64,000 bases of DNA from Candidatus Sulfomarinibacteraceae bacterium (GCA_963796455.1 CAWCLO010000002.1:160001-224000), one strand, 5' to 3'; positions 20,073 through 30,478 are shown, counted from the first letter of the stretch. Notes: generated by a model from the letters alone, not told the origin. Numbers and translations are program-made.

Positions 20073-22000
20073 TTCTTTCTCCTTTGTATCAAGTCGGTGA
20101 CAGACAGACCGCCGCGCGCGTTCTGCAGCCGTTTCAGCGCCTCGGGGTCGCCCATATACCGTGGTGTCAACGGTGGTTCGCGAAGGACTCCGCGCCACCG
20201 CAGTTCGCGCACGATCGGGATGTGATTGGCCGCGATCTTTCCAACAAAAAGCTGTTCCAGGTCGCCGCCGGAAGAGACATATTTCAGGATCTGGACCAGA
20301 CCGCGGAGATAGACCGCGTCCTTGGTCAGACCGCCTCCCCGGTAGGTTCTCATCGTGATGGCGAATGCCGTTCGCTCGCCGAAACCGAAGCGTTCGTCGA
20401 GCTGGCGAAAGCACTCGATAAATGTCGCACCGTCGAGCATGATCCGAGCGGCGACGACCCGGGCGGCCAGAAGCCGCAACCTCGGCTTGCTGAGCCCGCC
20501 CACGAGATACTCGGAAAAAACGGCCAGGCCTTCCTGGAACGCATCGTAGCCGGCAAGCCCGGCGTAGAGATGGCGCAGTTTCTGCGCCCGCCCGTTGTGA
20601 TAGGTGAGCACATGGGTCCCGACCTCGTGCTGGATCAGCGCCTCGACCCGGGAGCTCGGAACGCTGAGCCGGGTGCTGATCAGAAGGTTTCCCTGAGACA
20701 CCATCAGACCGGTTATGTCGGGTCTGATTTCGACGCCTGCTCCGATCTCCGGCATCTGGAGCCGGAGGAATTCGATTTCCCGCCTCGCGCGATCGGCAAA
20801 CTCGGCAGCACCCACCTTGTGACCCGAAGCCCCGTCGCGGCTTCGCGGAGGAATCGCCCGCAGGATCTCGAGAGCCAGATCGTAGAGTTCGTCCTCGACC
20901 GCCCCGTATTGCTGGATGCTTTCGTGGACGAAGCGTGCGGTGTTGCGGTCCTGCAGCATGGTGATCTGGCGTTCGATGTCGTCGAGTTTCTCCCGGAAAA
21001 TCATCGCCAGTGCGGGGTCCTCGATTCGCTCGACCGGGGTCCGGTAGAGCGTGCGTTTGAGCACCAGCGGCTCCGCCGGCAGGGGCCGGTAGTGGAACGC
21101 GGGTGGTTTCTCGAATTTCTTTCGCTTGAACGCGTTCCACGCCTGTTCGACGTTGACCGGTGTCACCTGGAGCAGGAAGTCGAAGGCCTCGGCGGCATCG
21201 GCAAGCATCCGATCGACGTCCCAGACGGCTTTAACGACGGCCCGCCGGCCGAGGGCGTGAAAGTGAGGCGGCCGGTGGGTTGTTTTGCTGATGGTGAACT
21301 GGAAAAGAGCACGGCGCAGGGCGACCGTCACCTGCCGGCGGAGAATTCTGAGGATCCTGGGGAAGATTTCCAGGGTCGCGGGGTCGCGAAAGATCGGCGA
21401 GATCTCGAGACCATAGAGATAACACCCAGCCCGCTCGGCGACCTCGGGGGGTACGACCGAACGAATGCCTCTGGGCCCGATCCTGTTGGTCTTTCGGGTC
21501 GAGACCCGCGCTTTGCGTCGATCGAGCGTGACCCGGCTCAGAGCGGACTCGAACGCGTCCGTGATCGTGGTGTCCGCGGTCCGGCGCTGCGCAAGAATCT
21601 CAAAGGCCGGAACCATCTCGGCGGAAGACACCGGGCCCTCCGTTTCGTTGCCCGGACCCGCCCACAGTTCGAGGATCAAAAAGGCCCCGAACTCATCGAT
21701 CATGACATCGGCAACCGTCCGTACGAGATCGGCGATCTCCGGCTGCAGCTTCTTGTCCTCGGAGCAGAGGAGATAAGAAGCTTCGCTGGTGGCGAAACGG
21801 TAGGTGCCGGGATCGGTGGTCTTGACCGGATTTCGATAGATGCACAGGAAGGGAAGCTGGCGGTCGATGGCGATCCGACCCCACACCGGCAGCGTCCGTC
21901 GCACACCCTTGTTTTCTCGGAGCCGCGATTCAATGGTCGCGAGCAGTCGCTTCGAAACGGTTTTCGGCCTTCGCGGCCCGGCGGATGAACCCTCGTTCAC
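20069..22000 (-). CDS. QEGLA-motif (DUF1704 / MATCAP-like) zinc carboxypeptidase
   Basis: HEVGTH zinc motif, FQEGLA, RGGGLTKDAVYLRG. GTG start at 22000 overlaps the upstream stop (GTGA). Confidence 0.9.
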   Translation of the reverse strand: MNEGSSAGPRRPKTVSKRLLATIESRLRENKGVRRTLPVWGRIAIDRQLPFLCIYRNPVKTTDPGTYRFATSEASYLLCSEDKKLQPEIADLVRTVADVMIDEFGAFLILELWAGPGNETEGPVSSAEMVPAFEILAQRRTADTTITDAFESALSRVTLDRRKARVSTRKTNRIGPRGIRSVVPPEVAERAGCYLYGLEISPIFRDPATLEIFPRILRILRRQVTVALRRALFQFTISKTTHRPPHFHALGRRAVVKAVWDVDRMLADAAEAFDFLLQVTPVNVEQAWNAFKRKKFEKPPAFHYRPLPAEPLVLKRTLYRTPVERIEDPALAMIFREKLDDIERQITMLQDRNTARFVHESIQQYGAVEDELYDLALEILRAIPPRSRDGASGHKVGAAEFADRARREIEFLRLQMPEIGAGVEIRPDITGLMVSQGNLLISTRLSVPSSRVEALIQHEVGTHVLTYHNGRAQKLRHLYAGLAGYDAFQEGLAVFSEYLVGGLSKPRLRLLAARVVAARIMLDGATFIECFRQLDERFGFGERTAFAITMRTYRGGGLTKDAVYLRGLVQILKYVSSGGDLEQLFVGKIAANHIPIVRELRWRGVLREPPLTPRYMGDPEALKRLQNARGGLSVTDLIQRRKK

Positions 22001-22782
22001 AGCTTTTCGAGCTCGTCGAGGACGCCGGGAACCGTCGATTCGAGCGCCCGGCCGACCGCATTTGCCAGTGCCTGATCGGCCACTCCGGTCCATTCGTCCA
22101 TAAAGAACTTCTTGACCTCGATCGACAGCACACATGCCGACTGCGGAAAGGTCTGATGTGCCCACCGGCCGTGGTTACCGCCTCGAAAACGGATGTTTTC
22201 GCGCACGTCGAGAGCACCGCCTGGAAAATCGTAGGCTCCGAGATCGGCCATGAAGCGATCGATGACCGGAGCCCATGCGCTGCGGTCGGCGATCGTTCCG
22301 GTTCCGACATTGACCTGCGGGTTCGCCAGCGGATCGGCCTCGGGGCCGCCGGGCCCATCCCGCCGGTGATTGTAGGTGTGGAGATCGAACACGACAAAAC
22401 GGCCGTATCGTGCGGCCAGATCGGAATAGAGTTCCTGGAGGGCAGCGTAGAAAGCATCGTATTCGGCCACCGATTTCTCGGCAACTTCCAAGGGAACTTC
22501 GCCGTGCCAGACCTCGAGCCCCCACGCGTCGTCCGGAGTCAGATAAACAGCCTTTTCACGGGGGCGATTGAGATCGACCTCGAATCGCGACCGCAGCCCG
22601 ATGACCCGGGTCGGCGCGACGATTGTCCAGCCGCCTGTCCATGGATCCTCCTCGCGCAAACGACCGGCCTCGTCGAGCGCCATGAGGCGCAGGGCGTCGG
22701 CGCGCACCTCGTGCCCATCGTGGATCGCTGTCGCCACGAGAGGCCCGTCACCCTTTTCCATCACCCAAATTCGGTCCGCCAT
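21997..22782 (-). CDS. N-formylglutamate amidohydrolase family protein
   Basis: ATAIHDGH, REEDPWT, SRFEVDLNR, DLHTYN, SIEVKKFFMDEWTG. Confidence 0.9.
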   Translation of the reverse strand: MADRIWVMEKGDGPLVATAIHDGHEVRADALRLMALDEAGRLREEDPWTGGWTIVAPTRVIGLRSRFEVDLNRPREKAVYLTPDDAWGLEVWHGEVPLEVAEKSVAEYDAFYAALQELYSDLAARYGRFVVFDLHTYNHRRDGPGGPEADPLANPQVNVGTGTIADRSAWAPVIDRFMADLGAYDFPGGALDVRENIRFRGGNHGRWAHQTFPQSACVLSIEVKKFFMDEWTGVADQALANAVGRALESTVPGVLDELEKL

Positions 22783-22940
22783 CGGTCCCTCTTTCATGTG
22801 TGATTTCCGGGATCCTGCAGTGTAGCAGTTATCTTGCCGGATGATTCTCCTGCCGCGAAATTTTTTTTTGTGAGGATTCAGCCGCCCTCGGGATAGGGCA
22901 CCACCGGGCATAATCCGTCCTCCTGAGGTATCGTGATGGG

Positions 22941-25247
22941 ATGAATCCGTCAGGGCTGACCAGGTTGTTTTCATCTCCGTCCGGCGAAAGCTCGCAGAGT
23001 CCAAAGCTCGGCACCTTTGTCGGTGTGTTCACGCCGACGATCCTGACGATCCTCGGCGTCATCATGTACCTCCGTTTCGGCTGGTTGGTCGGACACCTCG
23101 GTCTGATACGCGTGGTCCTTGTCGTCGCGCTGGCCAACGCCATCACCTTCATCACAACCCTCGCGTTTTCGGCGGTGGCGACCAACGCCAGGGTAGGCGT
23201 CGGCGGCGCCTACTTCATCATTTCGCGTAGTCTTGGCCTCGAACTCGGCGGTGCCATCGGGGTTCCGCTCTTTCTTTCGCAGGCCTTTTCCGTGACCCTG
23301 TACGCCTACGGTCTCGCCGAATCGTTTCGGTTCGTGTGGCCGGGGTTGCCGTTGTTGCCGGTGACGTTGGTGGTCGTGATCGCGGTCGGGATTCTGGCCA
23401 TGACCGGCGCCGAACGCGCGCTCCGGGCGCAGGTCGTGCTGATGGGTTTCGTAGGGTTGTCGCTGATTGCTCTGACGATCGGTGCCTTGGCGCGCTCCTC
23501 CGAATCGACGGTTGTGCTTCACCCCCCTACCGGCGACGTCGGATTCTGGGTCGGTTTCGCGGTTTTCTTTCCCGCCGTCACCGGGGTGATGGCGGGGCTC
23601 GGGTTGTCCGGGGATTTGCGCGATCCAGGTAAAGCGATCCCGCTCGGGTCGATCGCGGCGGTGGCGACCGGTTTCCTCGTGTACCTTCTGATTCCACTTC
23701 TTCTTTCCATCGGTGCGGATCCCTCCGATCTGCGCGATGACCCGATGGTCTGGTCGAGGGTCGCCGCCTTCGGACCGTGGCTGGTGCTCCCCGGTTTGTG
23801 GTCCGCGATCTTCTCGTCCGCGGTGGGATCGATCCTGGCCGCTCCGCGAACTCTGCAGGCACTGGCCCGGGATGGCATCGCTCCGAAATTCTTGTGGCGG
23901 CCGACGGGTGATTCACGGGAGCTGTTGCCGGGGATGGTGGTGACGTTGGCGATCGCTGTCGGTGCGGTTTTCCTCGGCAACCTCAACGCGGTGGCCGCGG
24001 TGGTTTCGATGTTTTTCCTCACGGTCTATGGCACCGTGAACATCGTTGCCGCCTTCGAGATTCTGAGCGGAGACCCGTCGTGGCGTCCGAAGATCAACGT
24101 CCCGTGGCCGGTGACTCTGGCCGGTGGCCTCGCCTGTATGGTCGTGATGGTCCTCATCAGTCCAGTTGCGGGCCTGCTCGCCCTTGTGGCCGAGTTTTCC
24201 CTCTGGATGTACCTGTCGCGGCGAGCGCAAAAAGCGCGGTGGGGCGACGCGCGGCGCGGTCTCTACGAGGCATTGATACGGTGGGCTCTCATCCGGCTCA
24301 ACGAGCGGCCGATCAGCGCCCGCAACTGGCGGCCGCATATTCTGGCGTTTGTCGTCGACCCTCTGAAGGAACTCGATCTCATCCGTTTTGGCGACTGGTT
24401 CAGCCAGGGACGGGGCGTTGTGACGGTCTGCAACCTGGTGGTCGGCGACCTCGCGAGTGACGAACTCGACCTGTCCAGCCGCCGCAATCGCATCAAGGAA
24501 GTGATCGACGCCGAGGATATCGTGGTCTTCCCGGAGGTCGACGCGGTCAACGATATCGTCGAGGGGATTGTCAATGTCAGCCAGGCCAACGGCATGGCGG
24601 GGATGGCGAGCAATACGGTGCTTCTCGGATGGCCGGAGTCGATCGCCCTCCGGGCCGAGTTCCTGCGCGTGATGCGCAAGCTCGAGTTCCTCAAAAAGTC
24701 GTTCGTGTTGGGCAGGATTCGGCCCAAGTACATGTTTCGTCGGGAGAACCCGAAGATCCACGTGTGGTGGGGAGGGCTGGAGCGCAACGGCGACCTCCTG
24801 CTGCTGCTTGCGCATCTCTTGAACTCGAACGCCGAATGGCGCGGCGCGACGGTTGAGGTGATGAGTATTGCCTCCTCCGAGCTGATGAAGACACGCACCG
24901 AGACCTACCTCAAACAGCTGATGCCCGAGATCCGCATCGAGGCCGAGGTGCATGTCGTGCTCAAACCGAAGGGGGAATCGGTCACCGAGGTCATCCATCG
25001 TGAAAGCGCCGAGGCGGCGGCGGTCTTCCTCGGGCTTCAGGTGCCCGAGATCGGTGACGAGGAGGCGTATGCGGAAAGGATCGAGCGACTCGCCGGAGAA
25101 TTGCCGGTGGTCTTTTTCGTCAAGAACTCGAGCCTCTTCGTCGGCGAGCTGCTAGAGACGACCGAGGCCGCTATCGAGGACGATGAGACTGAGGAAGACG
25201 AAGCTGAAGACCCTCCAGTGCGCGACACCCTGCCGCTGCCGGAGTAG
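22941..25247 (+). CDS. Prokaryotic SLC12-type cation-chloride cotransporter (APC superfamily)
   Basis: LGTFVGVFTPTILTILGVIMYLRFGW, GGAYFIISRSLG, FFPAVTGVMAG, NWRPHIL, HVWWGG. Confidence 0.9.
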   Translation: MNPSGLTRLFSSPSGESSQSPKLGTFVGVFTPTILTILGVIMYLRFGWLVGHLGLIRVVLVVALANAITFITTLAFSAVATNARVGVGGAYFIISRSLGLELGGAIGVPLFLSQAFSVTLYAYGLAESFRFVWPGLPLLPVTLVVVIAVGILAMTGAERALRAQVVLMGFVGLSLIALTIGALARSSESTVVLHPPTGDVGFWVGFAVFFPAVTGVMAGLGLSGDLRDPGKAIPLGSIAAVATGFLVYLLIPLLLSIGADPSDLRDDPMVWSRVAAFGPWLVLPGLWSAIFSSAVGSILAAPRTLQALARDGIAPKFLWRPTGDSRELLPGMVVTLAIAVGAVFLGNLNAVAAVVSMFFLTVYGTVNIVAAFEILSGDPSWRPKINVPWPVTLAGGLACMVVMVLISPVAGLLALVAEFSLWMYLSRRAQKARWGDARRGLYEALIRWALIRLNERPISARNWRPHILAFVVDPLKELDLIRFGDWFSQGRGVVTVCNLVVGDLASDELDLSSRRNRIKEVIDAEDIVVFPEVDAVNDIVEGIVNVSQANGMAGMASNTVLLGWPESIALRAEFLRVMRKLEFLKKSFVLGRIRPKYMFRRENPKIHVWWGGLERNGDLLLLLAHLLNSNAEWRGATVEVMSIASSELMKTRTETYLKQLMPEIRIEAEVHVVLKPKGESVTEVIHRESAEAAAVFLGLQVPEIGDEEAYAERIERLAGELPVVFFVKNSSLFVGELLETTEAAIEDDETEEDEAEDPPVRDTLPLPE

Positions 25248-25439
25248 CCCAGTTGTCTGGGGAGATGTTCGGTGGTGCCGAAAAGGAAATTCTCGTTACT
25301 CTTTGCCGCGCGCGACGACCCCGTTTTCGCGTATCCGACCCAGTGCTAATACGACAATGCGCTGGAGGGAAAGCGCCTTGCCCGTGTGGCCGTCGACCGT
25401 CTTCGTCGGTTGGATTGCCCAAAGGCTGAATCGCGCCGT

Positions 25440-26375
25440 CTAGCCTGGCAGCGATTTCGGTTTCATCAAATTGTCTTCCATCATCTTGAGCTCGTCGATG
25501 CCCGAAATGATGATTTTGGGATCGATTTGCAGCTCTTCGGCCGGCGCCTTGTCGGCGTAGTCGATCTGCGAAAGCACGTATTTTATGCAGTTGAGGCGGG
25601 CCAGCTTTTTGATATCGGATCGTACGATCGTCCACGGTGCGATGGTGCGGTTGCTCTCCGACAACATCTGAAACTTCCTCACGGTGTACTGGTCCCAGAG
25701 TTTTTGAGCCTGCTCGTCCACCGGCGAGATCTTGTACTGCTTGAGCAGGTCGCCGTGGCGCGATTTGAAACGCCTGAGCTGTTCCTTTTTGGAAACCGAA
25801 AAATAGAACTTGAAGAGTTTGATCCCGCCCTTGACCAGCAGGCGTTCGAAAAGGGGCACGTCCTTGAGGAATCGCTTGTTCTCCTCGTCGGTGCAAAAAC
25901 CCATGACCGGTTCGACCATGGCGCGGTTGTACCAGGACCGATCGAAGAACACGATCTCACCCGCCGCCGGGAGATGCGAGACGTAGCGCTGGAAATACCA
26001 CTGGGTGCGCTCCCGGTCGCTCGGTTTTTCGAGCGCGACCACACGCGCTCCACGAGGATTCATGTGTTCGGTGAAACGCTTGATGGTGCCGCCCTTTCCG
26101 GCCGCATCGCGTCCCTCGAAGAGCATCACGATCCGCATTCCGTCCGAACGGACCTTGGACTGCATCTTCATGAGCTCGATCTGGAGCTTGTGCAGTTCAT
26201 TTTCATAATCGAGGGTGAATTCCTTCACCCAAATCGGCACCCGGTCGTTGTTTTCGGTCTTTTCGCTGTTTTTGAACGCCGTGTGCTCACGCAACTTGGC
26301 CCGCTTTTTTTGCGGCCCTTTTTTGACCGCAGAACCCTTGGACCGCGAGGTCTTTTTATTTGGTGCGTTTTTCAT
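25440..26375 (-). CDS. ppk2: Polyphosphate kinase 2
   Basis: FEGRDAAGKGGTIKR Walker A; FDRSWYNR Walker B. Confidence 0.95.
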   Translation of the reverse strand: MKNAPNKKTSRSKGSAVKKGPQKKRAKLREHTAFKNSEKTENNDRVPIWVKEFTLDYENELHKLQIELMKMQSKVRSDGMRIVMLFEGRDAAGKGGTIKRFTEHMNPRGARVVALEKPSDRERTQWYFQRYVSHLPAAGEIVFFDRSWYNRAMVEPVMGFCTDEENKRFLKDVPLFERLLVKGGIKLFKFYFSVSKKEQLRRFKSRHGDLLKQYKISPVDEQAQKLWDQYTVRKFQMLSESNRTIAPWTIVRSDIKKLARLNCIKYVLSQIDYADKAPAEELQIDPKIIISGIDELKMMEDNLMKPKSLPG

Positions 26376-26415
26376 GGTGGTGGGGCTCGCCTCCCCGGGG
26401 TCGGCACCGCTCTGT

Positions 26416-27390
26416 TCAGCGGATGAACTTGCCGTACTTCCGTTTTTGTTTTTGCATGTTCTTGATTTCCTTGTCGCCTCGGATGACGATGTCGGGATTC
26501 GGCGAAAAATCGAGGGTCCGGCTCCGACCCGTGTACTTGATCTGTTTCAAAATGAGTTTGATGGTCTCGAGCCGGGCCAGTGCCTTGTCGTCGGAACGGA
26601 TGACCCACCAGGGAGTTGCCGGTGTGTGGGTCTTTTTCAGGAGGCGATATTTCACCTTGGTGAACTCGTCCCAGAGATCCTGCGCCTGAAGATCAACCTC
26701 GCTCAGTTTCCACTGCCGGAGAGGGTCGTCTTTTCGCCTTTTGAAGCGCAACGCCTGCTCGGCCTTGGAGACCGAGAAATAGAGCTTGATGAGAAAGGTC
26801 GTTTTGTCTGCGATGATCCGTTCCTCGTAACCGACGACCTTGTCCATAAAGCGTTTGTATTGTGCCTTGGTGCAGAAACCCATCACCGGTTCGACCAGCG
26901 CGCGGTTGTACCAGCTCCGGTCGAAGAGCACCATCTCCCCGGCGTGGGGAAGATGTTCGATATAGCGCTTCATGTGCAGCTCGGTCCGCTGTTGGATGGT
27001 GGGCTTCCCGAGGGCGATGATCCGGTATCTCTTCTCGTTCATATAGCGCGTGACGCGGCGGATTGTGCCGCCCTTACCCGATGCGTCGCGTCCGTCGAAA
27101 AGGATGATCGCCTTTTTGTTGGTGCGTTCGAGATGTTGTTGAAGCTTGATCAATTCGGCCTGGTAGGGCTTGAGGACCTCGGATCTGAAGTACTTGATGA
27201 GAGCCGCATCGAGCACCTCTTTGCGGTCCTTTTTTTTCATGCCCTTGTGAACGGATTGGATCTGTTCGACCGTGGTCGTGGGATCGACCGTCGGTTCGAT
27301 CTTCTCGATGACCGCACGGATCCTGGAGGTGGACCCCTCGGACATCTCAGGGCCTTTGATAACTTGTTTTTTCTTCGATCTGGGGGCCAC
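26416..27390 (-). CDS. ppk2: Polyphosphate kinase 2 (second, tandem paralog)
   Basis: FDGRDASGKGGTIRR; FDRSWYNR; PLRQWKLS. Confidence 0.95.
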   Translation of the reverse strand: MAPRSKKKQVIKGPEMSEGSTSRIRAVIEKIEPTVDPTTTVEQIQSVHKGMKKKDRKEVLDAALIKYFRSEVLKPYQAELIKLQQHLERTNKKAIILFDGRDASGKGGTIRRVTRYMNEKRYRIIALGKPTIQQRTELHMKRYIEHLPHAGEMVLFDRSWYNRALVEPVMGFCTKAQYKRFMDKVVGYEERIIADKTTFLIKLYFSVSKAEQALRFKRRKDDPLRQWKLSEVDLQAQDLWDEFTKVKYRLLKKTHTPATPWWVIRSDDKALARLETIKLILKQIKYTGRSRTLDFSPNPDIVIRGDKEIKNMQKQKRKYGKFIR

Positions 27391-27529
27391 TTCGTCAACC
27401 TTCCATTGTCCTCAGGAGTCGGCCCTCAAGTATAACGAATCCGGCGCCGCGCCGGGCGCACCAGAGCCCCTCAACGGTTGACTCTCCGGGTCGATCCCCG
27501 TCCCTCGATGAGGCCGCTGAGTTCGGTGG

Positions 27530-28837
27530 CTAGAGCATCCCCGAGAGCAGGGTCGCAATTCCCAGAAAGCTGAAGAACCCGACGACGTCGGTGACTGTGG
27601 TGAGGATGATCGATGACGACTGCGCCGGGTCCTGTCGGAGAGCGGTGAGAAGCATCGGGATGGCGGCGCCGGAAAGCCCGGCGGCGACCATCGAAAGGAT
27701 CATCGAAATACCGATGACCAGCGTCAGTCCCGGTGAGCGGCTCCACAGGTAGACCGCAGCGGCGGTCGAAACTGCGACCGCGATACCGTTGAAAAAGGCG
27801 ACCCGTCCTTCCTTGCTCGCAACTCTCAGCCACTGCCGAACCCGAACCTCACGCAGCGCCAGACCGCGCATGGTCACGGCCAGAGCCTGTGCGCCGGTGT
27901 TCCCGGACTGGCCGGCCACCACCGGAAGGAGGACGGCGAGGGCGGTGAAGCGCGCGATCGTGTCTTCGAACAGACCCACGACCGACGCGGCGAGGAACGC
28001 GGTCAGGAGGTTGACCTCGAGCCACGGCAGCCGTTTGCGAACCGCAAAGCTCACCGGTGAGAGCGCCCGCTCTTCGCTGCTCGCGCCGACCATGCGCTGG
28101 ATATCCGCGGTCGCCTCCTGTTCGACGACGTCGAGGAGAGAACGGTTGCGGATATAGCCCACGAGACGGCCGGCAAAATCCACGACCGGGAGGGCCAGGA
28201 TCTTGTGCGATTCCAACAACTCCATGACCTCCGATTGCGAACCGGTCGCCTGCACGCTGACCAGCGGGCCGGTGACGAGGTCGAGGAGCCGATCGTCCGG
28301 TTCGGCGATCGCGAGTTCCTGGAGGGTGACCCGGCCGACGTACACGCCATCCGAATCCACCACGTAGATGTTGACGATGCGCTGCTCCCGATGCCTACGG
28401 AGTTCCGCGAGGGCATCCGAGACCGACCGGTCGCCCGCCATCATGGGAACCCTCGGGTCCATGATGGCCCCGGCCGAATCGCTCGGGTAGCTGAGGAGGC
28501 TCGAGATCTCGCTCGCCGTTCTTTCCTCGAGCTGGTCGAGGATCTCCGCCCTTTCGCTCTCCTCGAGGCGGGCCAGAATCGCGGTCGAGCGGAGAGGATC
28601 GGCGGCCGCAAGAAGATCCCGTCGCGAGGCGGCGTCGAGTTCTCGAACGACCTCGGCGGCGGTACTGGTCTGCAGATGGTCGAGGAGCAGAGCGCCCGCT
28701 CGGGTCGGCAGCGAGACGACAAGTTCCGCAACCTCCTTCGGCGGTACGCGGTCGAGCTGTGCCACCGCCTCGGCAGTGAAACTGGTGATGAAATCTTCTG
28801 CCAGAAGCGAGGCCGCGCCCACGGCGTTGGTATTCAT
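27530..28837 (-). CDS. mgtE: Magnesium transporter MgtE
   Basis: MgtE_N, CBS pair and TM domain: RLPWL, AGQSGNTGAQ, DPAQSSSIILTTVTDVVG. Confidence 0.92.
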   Translation of the reverse strand: MNTNAVGAASLLAEDFITSFTAEAVAQLDRVPPKEVAELVVSLPTRAGALLLDHLQTSTAAEVVRELDAASRRDLLAAADPLRSTAILARLEESERAEILDQLEERTASEISSLLSYPSDSAGAIMDPRVPMMAGDRSVSDALAELRRHREQRIVNIYVVDSDGVYVGRVTLQELAIAEPDDRLLDLVTGPLVSVQATGSQSEVMELLESHKILALPVVDFAGRLVGYIRNRSLLDVVEQEATADIQRMVGASSEERALSPVSFAVRKRLPWLEVNLLTAFLAASVVGLFEDTIARFTALAVLLPVVAGQSGNTGAQALAVTMRGLALREVRVRQWLRVASKEGRVAFFNGIAVAVSTAAAVYLWSRSPGLTLVIGISMILSMVAAGLSGAAIPMLLTALRQDPAQSSSIILTTVTDVVGFFSFLGIATLLSGML

Positions 28838-29667
28838 CGGGCACCCCCATTCGCCGGTTCCGAGCCGACCGTGGAGAGGGCTTCGATGGCGCTGAAGAGA
28901 CTCGACCAGTAGACCTCGCCGAGGTCGAGCAGCGCGCTCATGGCCGTCTCCGATCCAGCCGCCCCCCGCGAGGGCGACGGCGCGGCGCGCAGCATCTTGT
29001 GGCGAATGACGCCGATGAATGCGCCGTGATCGTCAACCACCGGGAGCGCGTCGAGATCGGCCCAGGCGCCGTGTTGGTGGACGACGGCCATCGAATCCGC
29101 GGCGGTGATGCTCTGAATCCGGGTTTTCATGAGCGATCGAAGGAGTTCAGCGTCCGGTTGGGCTGCGAGTTCCCGGCGATGAACGACCCCAACCAATCGG
29201 AGCTCTCGATCGACGACGTAGACATACGGAAACCTCGGATCGTCGACCCGTGATCTCGCCTCGGCGACGGTCATGTCGGCGTCGAACGGGATGACTGAGG
29301 TATCCGCCACCGACCCCGCCGTGCCTGCGGGGAGGGCGATGGCACTACGGACCCTCCGTTCGAGAGGTCGCGGAAGCGCCTGCAGAACCCTCTCTCGGAC
29401 TTCGGCCGAAAGCCGGGATAGCAGCATCACAGTCTTCGTCAGCTCGAGCTGTTCGACGATCTGGGCGGCGCGTTTGGGTTCGAGCCTGCCGAGGACTTCC
29501 GATGCGAAGTCGGGCCAAAGTTCCTTGAGAACTGGCGCTGCGATTTCGGGTTCGAGTCCGCCGACAAGGGCTGCGACGTCTTCCGGTGGGAGACCTTTTA
29601 CGCGCAGGGCCGCGGCGCGCGGATGGGCGGCAACGTAACGGTGAGCGAGCGAAAGTGTGGCGGTCAT
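28834..29667 (-). CDS. Soluble MgtE_N + CBS-pair protein (no transport domain)
   Basis: Helical MgtE-N-like region, YVYVVD and ALPVVD CBS motifs; ATGA overlap with mgtE. Confidence 0.8.
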   Translation of the reverse strand: MTATLSLAHRYVAAHPRAAALRVKGLPPEDVAALVGGLEPEIAAPVLKELWPDFASEVLGRLEPKRAAQIVEQLELTKTVMLLSRLSAEVRERVLQALPRPLERRVRSAIALPAGTAGSVADTSVIPFDADMTVAEARSRVDDPRFPYVYVVDRELRLVGVVHRRELAAQPDAELLRSLMKTRIQSITAADSMAVVHQHGAWADLDALPVVDDHGAFIGVIRHKMLRAAPSPSRGAAGSETAMSALLDLGEVYWSSLFSAIEALSTVGSEPANGGAR

Positions 29668-29668
29668 T

Positions 29669-30478
29669 TCACGACGCCTTGAGCAGTACGGCGAGGCTGT
29701 CGTGGAACCGGGCGGCCGGGACCATCACCCGCCCTTCTTTCGATTCGACAATCACCGCGGTCGATGTCATCTGGACGATCGAGCCCCTGATCCCCTCGAT
29801 TTCGATCTCTTGACCGACGCGACACACCTGCGCGACGTACCTCGCCGCAACGATGTTGGCTACCGCAGACCGCGCTCCGAGCGCAAAGGCGAGACCGCCG
29901 GCGGCGAGAATCGAACCCAGAGTTACGGCGAGCACCAGTTCGAGGATCCGGCCCTGGATCCCGAGCTGCTCGAGCGCCATGACGCCCGCAATGGCGAGGA
30001 TCAAGGCGTGGGCGGTGCCCGCGAGAACCTCGGCCTGGGCCTCCAGCCGCATGACGGTCGCCCCCCTGGCGACCAGACCGCGAGCGATACGCGCCACCGC
30101 GAAGCCGCCGACCACCAGCGCCACCGCCGCGATGATGTTCGGCAGATAGACGGCCAGCCTGCTGAAGAGGTCGGTGAGAATCGGCAGACCCAGAATCTCG
30201 ACGGCTGCCACCACGACGAGAATCAGGACGACCCAGAAGACAAAGGAACCGATCACCGCCGGCAGGACCGAGAGCGCACCGCGGGCGCCGGATGCGTCGT
30301 CCTGCTCGGGTCCGAGCGGGAGACGATTCAGAAGCCGACCGCTCAACCTCTTCCCGACCACTGCGAGGAGCTTTGCGACCACCCAGCCGATTGCGACCAG
30401 TACCAGCGCTCCGACGATTGCCGGAATATGTTCGGGAACCGCGTGCAGAATCGCGTCGAGCCATTCCTTTACTCTCAT
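29669..30478 (-). CDS. Small MscS-family / TM-helix protein
   Basis: YLPNIIAA, LAFALGARSAVANIVA, beta domain VGQEIEIEGIRG; start MRVKEW after GGAGG. Confidence 0.8.
   Translation of the reverse strand: MRVKEWLDAILHAVPEHIPAIVGALVLVAIGWVVAKLLAVVGKRLSGRLLNRLPLGPEQDDASGARGALSVLPAVIGSFVFWVVLILVVVAAVEILGLPILTDLFSRLAVYLPNIIAAVALVVGGFAVARIARGLVARGATVMRLEAQAEVLAGTAHALILAIAGVMALEQLGIQGRILELVLAVTLGSILAAGGLAFALGARSAVANIVAARYVAQVCRVGQEIEIEGIRGSIVQMTSTAVIVESKEGRVMVPAARFHDSLAVLLKAS

Noticed and set aside
20073..21140. 703-aa N-terminally extended ATP-grasp ORF
   Set aside because: The extension overlaps the QEGLA gene in another frame; the real start is the ATGA-coupled ATG at 20072.
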